A stretch of DNA of 59,439 nucleotides from a virus (taxonomy: Duplodnaviria; Caudoviricetes): positions 1-59,439 of IMG/VR virus record IMGVR_UViG_3300030419_000438; one strand, 5' to 3'. How positions within the stretch are numbered: position 1 is the first letter of the stretch; every line of letters begins with the position of its first letter. Both the position numbers and the translations under genes were made by a program. Positions 28,019-37,508 of this stretch are shown here, one piece after another. The notes below the pieces were generated by a model. That model ran no database searches. It had not been told where the DNA came from and worked only from the letters and a program-made list of their open reading frames with translations.

Positions 28019-28698
28019 TAGCTTGCTCCCTGTGTTATTGTATCAGGACCACCAGCAGGAGAGCCAGCAACAGCCATGTCATCCTGTCTAGTACGTCTTG
28101 CTTGGTTACGTAATGCTCCTACAGCAGCAGTGTACTGTGCTTGCCATACGGGTAGAGTATTCCAGTCTTTGTTAAACATGGTTGCTTCCATCATGCAACC
28201 ATAGAAGATAGCATCATAGCAATACTCTGTAAAATAATTTGAGGTTGTTACGCTTGTCCCTGTAGCAGAAGCAAGAGCCAATGGTTGAGATGCTGTTTGT
28301 ATTTCAGCCGTAATTACTGAGACGGGTGTGGGTACAATTTTAATTGTTGAATTATTCTTACGTGTGTAATACCGTGGTGTTCCTGTAGATGCACTAACAG
28401 GCCAATAATCATTTACATATTCTACAGTGCGAGGTAGTAAGTTAGTTATACTTGTTCCACTGCTTGTTTTATAATTAATATTTCTAACAAGCCTAACACG
28501 ATCATTAAGACTAATAGAACTGGCATTGCCAGACGAAACAGATACAGTTGTATACTCGTCTAGTCCAAAATCATCTAGCTCTTTTACCAGACGAAACTCA
28601 GCCTTCTGAATAAACTTAGGGATTTGATTACTAAATTCAGTCCCATCATTCTCAGAAGTATTAATAATGTCTGTTTTAAGATCGCTATAGTTAGGCAT
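28018..28698 (-). CDS. Head-tail adaptor protein
   Basis: NYSDLKTDI, IPKFIQKAEFRL, GTPRYY, PTP, YDAIFYGCMMEA. Confidence 0.7.
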   Translation of the reverse strand: MPNYSDLKTDIINTSENDGTEFSNQIPKFIQKAEFRLVKELDDFGLDEYTTVSVSSGNASSISLNDRVRLVRNINYKTSSGTSITNLLPRTVEYVNDYWPVSASTGTPRYYTRKNNSTIKIVPTPVSVITAEIQTASQPLALASATGTSVTTSNYFTEYCYDAIFYGCMMEATMFNKDWNTLPVWQAQYTAAVGALRNQARRTRQDDMAVAGSPAGGPDTITQGAS

Positions 28699-28699
28699 G

Positions 28700-29068
28700 T
28701 TAGCCTACATATAAGGTAATAGTTGGGGCCATAGTTGCTGCACCTGATGTAGAAAGACTTACAATACCATGAACAGCAACGCCCATATCGCCTATGTAAG
28801 CATCATTAGAATCAGTAGCACCCACCCTATAACGAAGAGCATTACCCTTGGCAGTTTTATTTGTTATTTGCTTGCTGCCTGAAATAGCAATATCACCTAC
28901 AATAGTAGAATACGCATGTACAGCAATTACACGAGTTGTAGAAGGAACAGGATTACTACCATCTCCCTCTGAGCCTAATGTAACAGTAGGAGCATCTACA
29001 TAACGAAACCCAGTTATGATAGCTCCATCACTACTTACATTATGAGCGACTTTTATATTAGATGCCAT
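28700..29068 (-). CDS. Virion structural protein
   Basis: 122-aa beta-rich ORF after the MCP gene, with AAGGAG RBS. Confidence 0.65.
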   Translation of the reverse strand: MASNIKVAHNVSSDGAIITGFRYVDAPTVTLGSEGDGSNPVPSTTRVIAVHAYSTIVGDIAISGSKQITNKTAKGNALRYRVGATDSNDAYIGDMGVAVHGIVSLSTSGAATMAPTITLYVG

Positions 29069-29087
29069 GATATCTCCTTTGGAAGAA

Positions 29088-29115
29088 TGGGAGAGTAGCG
29101 TTAACTACCCTCCCA
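29088..29115 (-). terminator. Hairpin/attenuator after the major capsid gene
   Basis: Minus strand TGGGAGGGTAG-TTAACG-CTACTCTCCCA followed by TTCTT. Confidence 0.65.
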
Positions 29116-29124
29116 CTTTTACGA

Positions 29125-30045
29125 TTAGGTTCCAGCACTTCCGAAGAAGCCACGCCAGTCAGATACACCGAAGCTATAACGCTCCCGTGCCTTAAAGCGC
29201 AGGTTGCCAGTATCAAAGTCAGGCTCCATCTTCGTTTGAAGCGGAGAACGAACAAACATTTTCGTACCATTAGGAACATCAGTCTTAATGAAATACGAAT
29301 TGGTGTCCGTAAAGCGACGATTGATAAAGTAACCTTCAGGAAGCATACCCAAATGACGGGTAGCATTGATTGCGTTCGTGTTCGGGTTAGCCGCAGCCGC
29401 ACTCGTTTGAGTGTTGCCAGGACTTGCCAGAATACGAGAAGCAATCGCCCAAGAGTCAACAGGTACGTGCAAAGACACCGCACTTGCACCAATAAGAATA
29501 CCACGATCATCCTCAAGTTTCTGGATGCTCGTTAGGGCAGTCTCAAGAGTAGCTTCCGTCAGGTCAGCAGCCGCAAGAAGGTTGGACTGATTACCATCCG
29601 AAATCGTGGGGTGTGCAGCAGAGAAGAACGCTGCTCCATCACCAATGGTATCAGAGAAACCATTGTTGAATAGATTGGCAGCTTTCACTTGTTTGGTATT
29701 TGCCATTGCACGGGCAAGACCCCTAGCACGAATTTTAGCAAACGTGTCATAGAGATTGTCTTCCATTGCTTCTTCAGTTACAGCAAAGGCAAGAGCAACA
29801 GTTTCGTGTGAGTAACGAGACGTGTAGCTTTCTTGCGCTCCATCATAACTGACAGCAGCACCTTCGCCCTTCGTCGGGGCAGTACCAAATCCAGTGAAAA
29901 GCACTTCTTCTTCAAAAGCACGATCTGAATTTTCGATATCATAGAGAGATTCGTGTTCGTTGTTAACCTCTCCATACTCCATCCCAAAAACGGCGTTAAG
30001 GCCAGGAAGGAGTTGTTTGCTAATACTAGCTCTATTAATAGCCAT
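29125..30045 (-). CDS. Major capsid protein
   Basis: LLPGLNAVFGMEY, SDRAFEEE, ALAFAVTEEAMEDNLY, KARERYSFGVSDWRG; strong RBS and downstream hairpin. Confidence 0.9.
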   Translation of the reverse strand: MAINRASISKQLLPGLNAVFGMEYGEVNNEHESLYDIENSDRAFEEEVLFTGFGTAPTKGEGAAVSYDGAQESYTSRYSHETVALAFAVTEEAMEDNLYDTFAKIRARGLARAMANTKQVKAANLFNNGFSDTIGDGAAFFSAAHPTISDGNQSNLLAAADLTEATLETALTSIQKLEDDRGILIGASAVSLHVPVDSWAIASRILASPGNTQTSAAAANPNTNAINATRHLGMLPEGYFINRRFTDTNSYFIKTDVPNGTKMFVRSPLQTKMEPDFDTGNLRFKARERYSFGVSDWRGFFGSAGT

Positions 30046-30060
30046 AATAAATCCTCCCTA

Positions 30061-30675
30061 TTAAGCCGTTGATGCCGTAGCCGTTACAAAACGGTCACGG
30101 TGATGATTGAGCCATACTTCTACAATTGGATAGGCATCAGAATCCTTTTCATCGGGATACTGAGCTTTACCAACCATGCGAACAGCAGCCGCTGATTCTA
30201 CACCAGACGCACCGTCTAGATAGTAACTGGACTGCCCTGTAGTCGTGCTGCCAGAAGAGGCAGTAGAACTAACAGTTACGTTGTAGTTTTTAACAATAAG
30301 CAACTCAGCCGCCGAAAGCGATAGAGAAGCTTGAATGTAATACGTCTGATCAGGATCAGTGATTACAAAGAACTTAACGTCCGTGGCACTAGTCCCACCC
30401 GGCCAATACCGAGAAAACTTCTGCTCACCGTTCTCAACATACTGACAACCCATAAATACACCTGACGGTTTAAGGGTTGCAGCAATGTAGGGGCTAATCG
30501 TAGCAAAATTAGCACCTGGAAGAACAACAGGATCACCCGTGAAGATACTATTCGTAGGCGTACCCGTCACTCCAGTAGAAGTTAACGCAATGGTATCGGT
30601 AACAGCTTCATTATTGTAAGCTCCACCTTTTTTACGAGCAGGAATGAAACCACGAAATGCTTTAGTAGTAGACAT
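30061..30675 (-). CDS. Minor capsid/decoration protein
   Basis: IFTGDPV, GVFMGCQY, DPDQTYYIQ, GSTTTGQS; directly upstream of MCP. Confidence 0.65.
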   Translation of the reverse strand: MSTTKAFRGFIPARKKGGAYNNEAVTDTIALTSTGVTGTPTNSIFTGDPVVLPGANFATISPYIAATLKPSGVFMGCQYVENGEQKFSRYWPGGTSATDVKFFVITDPDQTYYIQASLSLSAAELLIVKNYNVTVSSTASSGSTTTGQSSYYLDGASGVESAAAVRMVGKAQYPDEKDSDAYPIVEVWLNHHRDRFVTATASTA

Positions 30676-30700
30676 GTTTCATCTCCTTAGTTAATAGAAA

Positions 30701-31198
30701 TCAGTCCTGAAAAGAGGGCTGTTTTCCTTTTGTTGTAACAGAACGACTAGAGTTAGTTACAGGCATATTTGCTAAACGAGAATCAGAATTATTCATAAGC
30801 TGCATATTAACAGCATCCATCATATCGTTAGCTTTATTCTCATAGTACTTATTTCTAGCCGCCGCTTTTTTGGCTGGCATTTTGGCTAGAGCTAGATCAG
30901 CCCTATTTACTGTGCCTTCATACCGTCCACCCTCTCTCACGAAAGAGGTAGTAGCCAACTCAGGTACTTCTTCAGGAGAAACAAACACCCAGCCTTCTTG
31001 CTGACGCTTGCCTACATTTGTGTAGTCATCTTGACCGTTAAAGGAGACTCGTATCCAACGTAAAGTCAAACCCTCTGATGCGAAGCGTTCTTTAACAACT
31101 TCAGGAATTTCCAGAGCGTTTGGCTCTTCAAACGACCATTCTTCTTCTCTTTCTAAATTTTCTCTTTGGTTACTAGTACGTGATTCATTTCGTGACAT
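30701..31198 (-). CDS. Conserved head-module protein
   Basis: LRWIRVS, EGWVFV, DLALAKMP. Confidence 0.7.
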   Translation of the reverse strand: MSRNESRTSNQRENLEREEEWSFEEPNALEIPEVVKERFASEGLTLRWIRVSFNGQDDYTNVGKRQQEGWVFVSPEEVPELATTSFVREGGRYEGTVNRADLALAKMPAKKAAARNKYYENKANDMMDAVNMQLMNNSDSRLANMPVTNSSRSVTTKGKQPSFQD

Positions 31199-31214
31199 TT
31201 TTCTTCCTCCACGC

Positions 31215-32171
31215 TTATATTATATTGGTGTACTCACCGTCAGCAGTCGTTACCTTTAACTTCTCTGCGGCGTACTGTTCAAGTGGTATCCCCCATTTGT
31301 TCGCAAGTCTTACATCTTCTTTAGAAAGTTTAACTTTTGAACGAGAGTTCTGAGACGAGCGTGAAGCCCCAGACACCACTTGAGAAGGTTGTGACGTGTT
31401 TTCCTCCACACGGACTGAAGAACCTCCAAAAGCTTTTTCCAAGCGTTTGTCAATTTCTTCGTAAAATTCATTATCATTTGGATCATATCCTTCTGACTTG
31501 AGTTCTGCATCAATGGCTAATGCGGCAGCAGTTTTAACTGTGTCATCACCAAACCAATCATTTTTCTCTGCCCACTCTTGAGCCTTAACATCAACAGCAG
31601 CAGGTTGAGGTTGCTGTTGTACTTGTGATTCTGGTTGTGCTTCAAGTTCTTGCTGCTGCCTTGCTGTATTTACTTTCATGCGTTGAAGCATCTTTAAATC
31701 TGCTTGTGCATTATTTAATGTTTCTTGTGCTTCTAATACCTTTTCTTTTTCACCATTCTCAAAAGCTTCAAGATAAGCTTCTCTAGCCATCTTAACAGTT
31801 TTTTCTAATGATTGCTCATTAGCATTTAAACTATTACTGGTAATAGAAACAACCTCTTTATCTTTCTGACTCAGGTTATTTTTAAGTTCTTCGTTTTGAG
31901 CAAGAAGAGTTTGAATGGTTTCTTCTCGTTCTTTCCTCTGACGAATTAGCTGACGTATTCTTTTCTCAGCACCTTTTGTTTCTATACCCTCTAATTCTTT
32001 AGGAGTTTCTTCTTCTTTAACTTGAGGCTCTTCTACTTTAGGCTCCTCTGGTTGAGGTTCTTGTTTCTCCTCTACCACTTCTTCTTCTTCAAGTTCAAAC
32101 TCTATTTGTTCCTGTTCTTCTGATTTAGCAGAAACATCTACTTCTGCCCAACCATCATTATCTTTATCCAT
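31215..32171 (-). CDS. Capsid scaffolding protein
   Basis: Acidic coiled coil; KAQEWAEKNDWFG; LANKWGIPLEQYA; lies between portal and MCP. Confidence 0.75.
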   Translation of the reverse strand: MDKDNDGWAEVDVSAKSEEQEQIEFELEEEEVVEEKQEPQPEEPKVEEPQVKEEETPKELEGIETKGAEKRIRQLIRQRKEREETIQTLLAQNEELKNNLSQKDKEVVSITSNSLNANEQSLEKTVKMAREAYLEAFENGEKEKVLEAQETLNNAQADLKMLQRMKVNTARQQQELEAQPESQVQQQPQPAAVDVKAQEWAEKNDWFGDDTVKTAAALAIDAELKSEGYDPNDNEFYEEIDKRLEKAFGGSSVRVEENTSQPSQVVSGASRSSQNSRSKVKLSKEDVRLANKWGIPLEQYAAEKLKVTTADGEYTNII

Positions 32172-32220
32172 TACTTTTCTCCGTTGCTAACGACACAAAC
32201 GTGTTTTACGTTATACTACT

Positions 32221-32249
32221 ATTATACCATAAAAATGTTGTTTTCCCAA
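32221..32249 (-). promoter_or_regulatory. Late-arm promoter TTGGGA-N17-TATAAT
   Basis: Minus strand ATTTGGGA...TGGTATAATAGTAG, upstream of scaffold/capsid genes. Confidence 0.7.
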
Positions 32250-32250
32250 A

Positions 32251-32679
32251 TCATGCAGACCCTTTTGTTAGATTAAATGTAGGATCAAGGTCTTTGGGGT
32301 CTTCTACTCTCATAATAATTTGATCATCAAAGAGAAGAATAAGTCTAACACCTTTATAAAACATCTTGGTGCCAGTGTGTTTACCGTAGCATACATAGTC
32401 TCCTGTTTGACACCAAGGACCATTAGGAAACTTATTTTTCTCAGCATATGCTAGATCACCTAGAGCAATGACTTGTCCTACAGTTGTAAGATAAGACATG
32501 TCTTCTTTGGTTGAGTCTGGAATAAAAATTCCACCTTTAGTTTGACTCTTAACAGATATAGGACGAACTAGGACATGATATCCTGGTAGTTCTGGTAGTG
32601 GAGAGGGATCAGGAACCTCTTCTATATCTGTAACCCATAAATCATTTTTAATCGCCCCACCCATAGCTACTTGTCGCAT
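32251..32679 (-). CDS. groES: GroES-like co-chaperonin
   Basis: PGYHVLVRP, TKGGIFIPD, GQVIALG, GDYVCYGKHTG, LFDDQII. Confidence 0.85.
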   Translation of the reverse strand: MRQVAMGGAIKNDLWVTDIEEVPDPSPLPELPGYHVLVRPISVKSQTKGGIFIPDSTKEDMSYLTTVGQVIALGDLAYAEKNKFPNGPWCQTGDYVCYGKHTGTKMFYKGVRLILLFDDQIIMRVEDPKDLDPTFNLTKGSA

Positions 32680-32683
32680 TTAC

Positions 32684-32875
32684 TTAGTCATCCTCCATAT
32701 GTAATCGCTTTTTAACGATATCTCTTAAATTATCCCTAGCCCATTCGATACCGTGAATTGAGCCAACTATTTGTCTGTAATGACAGAAATCTTCTGCAAT
32801 ACCTGCACCAAGAGTACTTCTTAGTCTTTCTATCTCTTGATTAAACTCTGCCCCGATTTCATCCCAGATTTCCAT
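32684..32875 (-). CDS. Hypothetical head-module protein
   Basis: 63 aa; YRQIVGSIHGIE. Confidence 0.7.
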   Translation of the reverse strand: MEIWDEIGAEFNQEIERLRSTLGAGIAEDFCHYRQIVGSIHGIEWARDNLRDIVKKRLHMEDD

Positions 32876-33039
32876 TACTTACTTTTTTTGGAATCCGAAA
32901 TTTTCCAAGAGCTTTCGTCCCACTTATTAAGTGCGCTACGAATATTACGACCACCCGTAACGTCTTGCTTATAAGGATCACCAAAACTTTTATCAGTATC
33001 CTTTACATGAGACGGATAGCCTTTACCCTTCTGCATCAT
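32875..33039 (-). CDS. 54-aa hypothetical protein (not in ORF track)
   Basis: MMQKGKGYPSHVKDTDKSFGDPY...; AGGAG RBS; TAATG coupling to the next gene. Confidence 0.6.
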   Translation of the reverse strand: MMQKGKGYPSHVKDTDKSFGDPYKQDVTGGRNIRSALNKWDESSWKISDSKKSK

Positions 33040-35569
33040 TTCTCATCTCCTTAAATTGACTGTCTGCTAGTTTAATTAAATTCTCAAGAGCAGCTTGATC
33101 CATTTCCTTGTCATCTTCCATTTGTTTCTTTAACATATCAACAAGAACTTTAACATACTCTTTTTTATCTGCCAGATCAAGTTTGTTTTTTTCTATTTTT
33201 AATTTAGTCTGTAACTCAGCTTCTTTAATTGCTTCTTTAGATAATCTATTTTCTTCAGCTTGTTCTTCCCTGGATTCAGATTGAGCCGTAGCTTTAAGCA
33301 TATCTATGATCTGACCAGTTTCTTTCATCTCAAGTTCTTTATTCTTTAATTCAAGTTCTGCTGCATCAGATGCTGTTTGTGATTGTATTTTTGTTTGTTC
33401 AAGCTGTACCTTGGCTTGTTCAAGCGCAACAAGCTGTTGTTCTGGTGATTGTGCCTGACCAGCAGCCATATTAGCGTTCATAACCTGTTGTGCTGCCTGT
33501 GCCAGTGCCATTTCTGTAGTAGCAGGTGTAACCTGAGAAGGATCAACCTGTTGAAGCATTTGCTGTGCTACACCATTCATCTGCTCTTGATACTTCATTA
33601 CAGAGTGTTCCTGTACATTGGCCTGAAGGATAGGAGCAATACGTTGCATAATAGGATTACCACCATTAGCAGGGTCTTGCATATAGGCCATCTTTACCTG
33701 TATATGAGCATCATGGTTCTGACCAGGGAAGGCAGCAATGGGTAATCCTTTCGTTGCTGCCATTATATCAGAGACAGGATCAAGTGGTTGCGCTGTAATC
33801 TTTGGTGGAATAATTTCGTCTACGTTTGGCATATTCGTTGCATTAAGAATTGTACGATTAAGCTCTTCCATATTAAACATACCAGGAGGAGACTGCTGTG
33901 CCATCTGTAGAACCATATTTGCAAGCATCATACGGTGTGCGTTGCTGGGTATATTGGGATCAGATACAGGAACAATATCCACACGACCATCAAAGTCGGC
34001 CTTGAAGATACTACGACTTTCAAACGGCACGTCATAGGGATACTCACCTGGAAGATAGTCATAGTCAATCCTGGCAAGGATTCTAAATTCATCTCTCTGT
34101 GATTTGTGTAATCGTTTATGAATAGCACTAAAGAACTTGCTTGAAGCTTCTAGCAGGGCCATTGTTGTTCCAACGGGTCCATAGGAGGCAGCATCAGAAA
34201 TAACCTGTTCTGTGCTGTCCGCAAACTTCTGACCAGCAGCAGTTACGAAATTCAACATCTGGAATAGAACAGAGGAAGGCTCTTTATAAGGAAGGGGAAT
34301 AATAGCCTTTGATAAATCTACACCAGTTGCCTCAACCTCCTTGAACTCGCCAGGGGATATAGGTTCATTGTCGCCAACAACCCGTAGCCCCTTTGCCTTA
34401 AACCCTCCAGGTAGATTTGCAAATTGCCCTGCGTCTATTAATGATCTCATTGCGGCAGTAGCACTCATAGTCAAATTACCCAGGAAGTGGATAAGGCCAA
34501 GTCCGTAGAATCCAAAACCAGGAACAAATCTATAATGCACAAAGTGGCTTATCTTCTCTTTGTTCTTGTCATCTTGTTTATAGTTTCTACGAATACTCAA
34601 AACTTTTCTGGAATCTTTTTCTACCGTAACAATATACGGACAAGATTCTTCTTCTTCAATATCCAAGAAGCAGTGTTGTTCAAGAAGAACGTATTGTGGA
34701 TCGTTATCATAGTCGGGAGACAATCCAATAATTGTATCCATCTTTTCACTAAAGCCTGTCACGGGATTAGTAGATGGTGTAACCAGTTCTGTATCTAGGT
34801 AGATACCAGCCCTGACATCTTTTTGTAACTCTACAGGGCTACGATAGATTACATGTGTGTAACGTTCTGCATTGGATAGATCAGAAGCATAGTAAGATAC
34901 ATAGAACTGATCAATAGGAATAAACTCTGAACGTGGACGCTTGACCGTAGCATCATAGTACATTTTCTTGAAAGCAGACCCAATCAGTGGTAGATGGAAC
35001 AGCATCCGCTCAAACTCTTCAAAGTATTCTGGCATCTGCTCTGTAAGCTGATAGTTCATAAAGTTCTGAACCCTGTTGGCCTGTTGTTCTTTTTCTGTGG
35101 TTGAGTCACCCAGTATCTGTGCCTTGATAGGACCATTAGAGGGGAACAGTTCGTTAGATGCTTTGGATTGAAACTTGACAGCAGACTCAATCAGGAGCGG
35201 ATGAACTGCTGTACACGCTCCCTCAAAGGGTTCTGTGCCTTGCTGTAGTTTAAGACCTAGAAGTTCAAAGCCCCTTTCAAACATAGCCTCCCACTCAGAA
35301 CGGGAATCTTTATCAGCCTCATAGTTTTCAAGAACAGTCTCTGCAATTTCGTCTAGCTCTGCATCGTCCATATCTTCAGCCATGTTGCCATACCATTCAG
35401 CAACGGCTTCGTCTGCTTCCATCTCTGTAGAGTCAGAGAAATCTACAATAACACCACCATCATCTGCTACTTCAAACGTGGCAGGTATGCCTTCATCTTC
35501 CATATTAAGAGGTACTACTTCTGCACCCTGTTCTGGAATCATATCATATGGATTTTTTTCTGTTGCCAT
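33023..35569 (-). CDS. Portal protein
   Basis: EPFEGACTAVHPLLIE, MLFHLPLIGSAFKK, FVPGFGFYGLGLIH, LIDAGQFANLPGGFK, PVGTTMALLE. Confidence 0.9.
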   Translation of the reverse strand: MATEKNPYDMIPEQGAEVVPLNMEDEGIPATFEVADDGGVIVDFSDSTEMEADEAVAEWYGNMAEDMDDAELDEIAETVLENYEADKDSRSEWEAMFERGFELLGLKLQQGTEPFEGACTAVHPLLIESAVKFQSKASNELFPSNGPIKAQILGDSTTEKEQQANRVQNFMNYQLTEQMPEYFEEFERMLFHLPLIGSAFKKMYYDATVKRPRSEFIPIDQFYVSYYASDLSNAERYTHVIYRSPVELQKDVRAGIYLDTELVTPSTNPVTGFSEKMDTIIGLSPDYDNDPQYVLLEQHCFLDIEEEESCPYIVTVEKDSRKVLSIRRNYKQDDKNKEKISHFVHYRFVPGFGFYGLGLIHFLGNLTMSATAAMRSLIDAGQFANLPGGFKAKGLRVVGDNEPISPGEFKEVEATGVDLSKAIIPLPYKEPSSVLFQMLNFVTAAGQKFADSTEQVISDAASYGPVGTTMALLEASSKFFSAIHKRLHKSQRDEFRILARIDYDYLPGEYPYDVPFESRSIFKADFDGRVDIVPVSDPNIPSNAHRMMLANMVLQMAQQSPPGMFNMEELNRTILNATNMPNVDEIIPPKITAQPLDPVSDIMAATKGLPIAAFPGQNHDAHIQVKMAYMQDPANGGNPIMQRIAPILQANVQEHSVMKYQEQMNGVAQQMLQQVDPSQVTPATTEMALAQAAQQVMNANMAAGQAQSPEQQLVALEQAKVQLEQTKIQSQTASDAAELELKNKELEMKETGQIIDMLKATAQSESREEQAEENRLSKEAIKEAELQTKLKIEKNKLDLADKKEYVKVLVDMLKKQMEDDKEMDQAALENLIKLADSQFKEMRNDAEG

Positions 35570-37443
35570 TATACGAGTGCTTTCAATCCGCTATATTGTT
35601 CAGGTAATGCATACTTATTATAAATGTTTTGTAGTATCTCAGGATCATTTCTATAAACATACTGTAATGTTTTTAAACCACTCTCTGTTAGTCTAGGTAG
35701 GAGTGTTTGAGGAAAATAGGGTTTTTCTTCTTCAACTGCTTCATCTACAGCTTGAGATACTACTGGTCTTGGTTTTCTACGTACTAGAGGAACGTCGCCT
35801 CCTCCATCATCAAACCTGTCTGGTTGATCAACAAATGCAGTAGCAGTAGCAGCAGTAGCAGTAGCAGGATCAACCAGTGTAGAAGCAGTATTTAAATCTA
35901 GTGTAGATAAATAGTCATCTATTCTCTCATCTGCTAGTGCTTGATAATCTGGTGCTGTACGTGCGGCCCAGTCTTGACTAGGATCATAACCAAGATCAGC
36001 ACCTTTCGTATAGTCTGGTGATGTAGTTGTTCCAAAGTTCATTGCTGCATCTAACCTACCACCTGTCTCTTCGGCTCCAGACATTGTGTAAGCTCCTATT
36101 GATGGTCCTGGCATACCTGCACCAGAAATATTAATATTTAAATCTCCAGAGGGTGTAATATCTCCACTAGTCATATCAAGAAATTGTTCATCAGTAGGAA
36201 GATCAGTTTGAGGTGAAGTACCAAAGTATCCTCCAGGTGTATCAGGAGTCATCATGGCATCTTGATTAAGAATATTATCTATTACATCAGTAGGTGATGG
36301 TACACCAGATACATTAATATTTTCACCTCCTTTTGATGCTGAAGTAACAGTACCATCTTTATCTACTGTAACCTCATCTGCTTCGTCTTTAGTTCCAACA
36401 CCAAGAGCAGACCTAATAGACTTACCAAGACTTTCAAGGGGTGGCGAATCAAAAAATTGTTTTCCTAGAACGCCGCCAAGAGAAAGTGGTCCTTCTTTAC
36501 CCTTCTCCATTGACATTAACCTACCACCAGTAATAGCATCAAACGCTATTCTTGTAGGAGACAGACTTGATGCATTATACATCATTTTACCCATAGTGCC
36601 AACTAGACTTGCAAGACCACCAGCCATTTGTCCAAGTGCTGCTTGAGTAGCATCTTTACCTTTATACGTATAACCACCTATACTATCTTTAGCACGACTA
36701 ATTGTGGCATCTAAACCTTTATCTTTAAACTCCTGGTTTAACCCTTCTAGATAGTCTGTTTCTAGTCTATAATTATGTTCATCCAGAGTTTTATGTGCAT
36801 TAATACCTACAAGCTGATTGTATCCAAGATAAGAACCAAAGCGAGAGTCCTTGGGATCATCTGTGTAGTAACCTAAATCCGTTATTTCATCTGCTGTTAA
36901 TCCTATATTATTTCCTTGTGAATCTTGAGTGTTTCCTCTAATAGAGTTTTCAAGCCTCTGTAGAAACTCTGGATCTTTGATATTATAGTTTCTATCTTTA
37001 GCAACATCTATAGCCGCAGACCATACTGCAAAATCTTCTGCTGCTTCTTCTGCTTGTTCCTTTGTAGGACCGCCTGGATCAGACTCTCCCCAACCTGTTT
37101 CCCAAGCTGCGTCTGGAGCAGTTTCTGCTGCCCATACATCAGCAGCTTCTTCTAAATCATAATCAAAATCAAGATCACCGCCACCAGTTGAGGCATCGTC
37201 CATACCACTCCAGTCAGCATCATAAGAAGACCAGTCGTCGCCGCCAAAGCTATAATCATAAAACTCAGGAAGACCAGTCATGGGATTGATTGTACCAGAG
37301 CCACCTGCATCTTTAAGCATCTGTGCTTCCTGGGGATTGATGTGTGCTATCATGGTGTCGCCATAGCGACCTTTAGATGCTAGACCGCCCATAGTCATGC
37401 CATCTAGATCAGCAGCTAACTTTGCCATATAATTATTTGCCAT
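35569..37443 (-). CDS. Acidic low-complexity virion/ejection protein
   Basis: GRYGDTMIAHINPQEAQMLK..GGSGTINPMTGLPEF motif; D/G/T-rich. Confidence 0.65.
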   Translation of the reverse strand: MANNYMAKLAADLDGMTMGGLASKGRYGDTMIAHINPQEAQMLKDAGGSGTINPMTGLPEFYDYSFGGDDWSSYDADWSGMDDASTGGGDLDFDYDLEEAADVWAAETAPDAAWETGWGESDPGGPTKEQAEEAAEDFAVWSAAIDVAKDRNYNIKDPEFLQRLENSIRGNTQDSQGNNIGLTADEITDLGYYTDDPKDSRFGSYLGYNQLVGINAHKTLDEHNYRLETDYLEGLNQEFKDKGLDATISRAKDSIGGYTYKGKDATQAALGQMAGGLASLVGTMGKMMYNASSLSPTRIAFDAITGGRLMSMEKGKEGPLSLGGVLGKQFFDSPPLESLGKSIRSALGVGTKDEADEVTVDKDGTVTSASKGGENINVSGVPSPTDVIDNILNQDAMMTPDTPGGYFGTSPQTDLPTDEQFLDMTSGDITPSGDLNINISGAGMPGPSIGAYTMSGAEETGGRLDAAMNFGTTTSPDYTKGADLGYDPSQDWAARTAPDYQALADERIDDYLSTLDLNTASTLVDPATATAATATAFVDQPDRFDDGGGDVPLVRRKPRPVVSQAVDEAVEEEKPYFPQTLLPRLTESGLKTLQYVYRNDPEILQNIYNKYALPEQYSGLKALV

Positions 37444-37473
37444 AGTGATTCCCCAAGTTTAAACCCTGCTTCT

Positions 37474-37502
37474 ATTATACCATAGTTTTATCATTCTCAC
37501 AA
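37474..37502 (-). promoter_or_regulatory. Late-arm promoter TTGTGA-N17-TATAAT
   Basis: Minus strand ATTTGTGA...TGGTATAATAG, in the gap after terL. Confidence 0.7.
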
Positions 37503-37508
37503 ATCCTG

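Noticed and set aside
29058-29516. Overlapping alternative-frame ORF as a capsid frameshift extension
   Set aside because: It adds only about 20 codons across the terminator hairpin, and I saw no clear slippery site.
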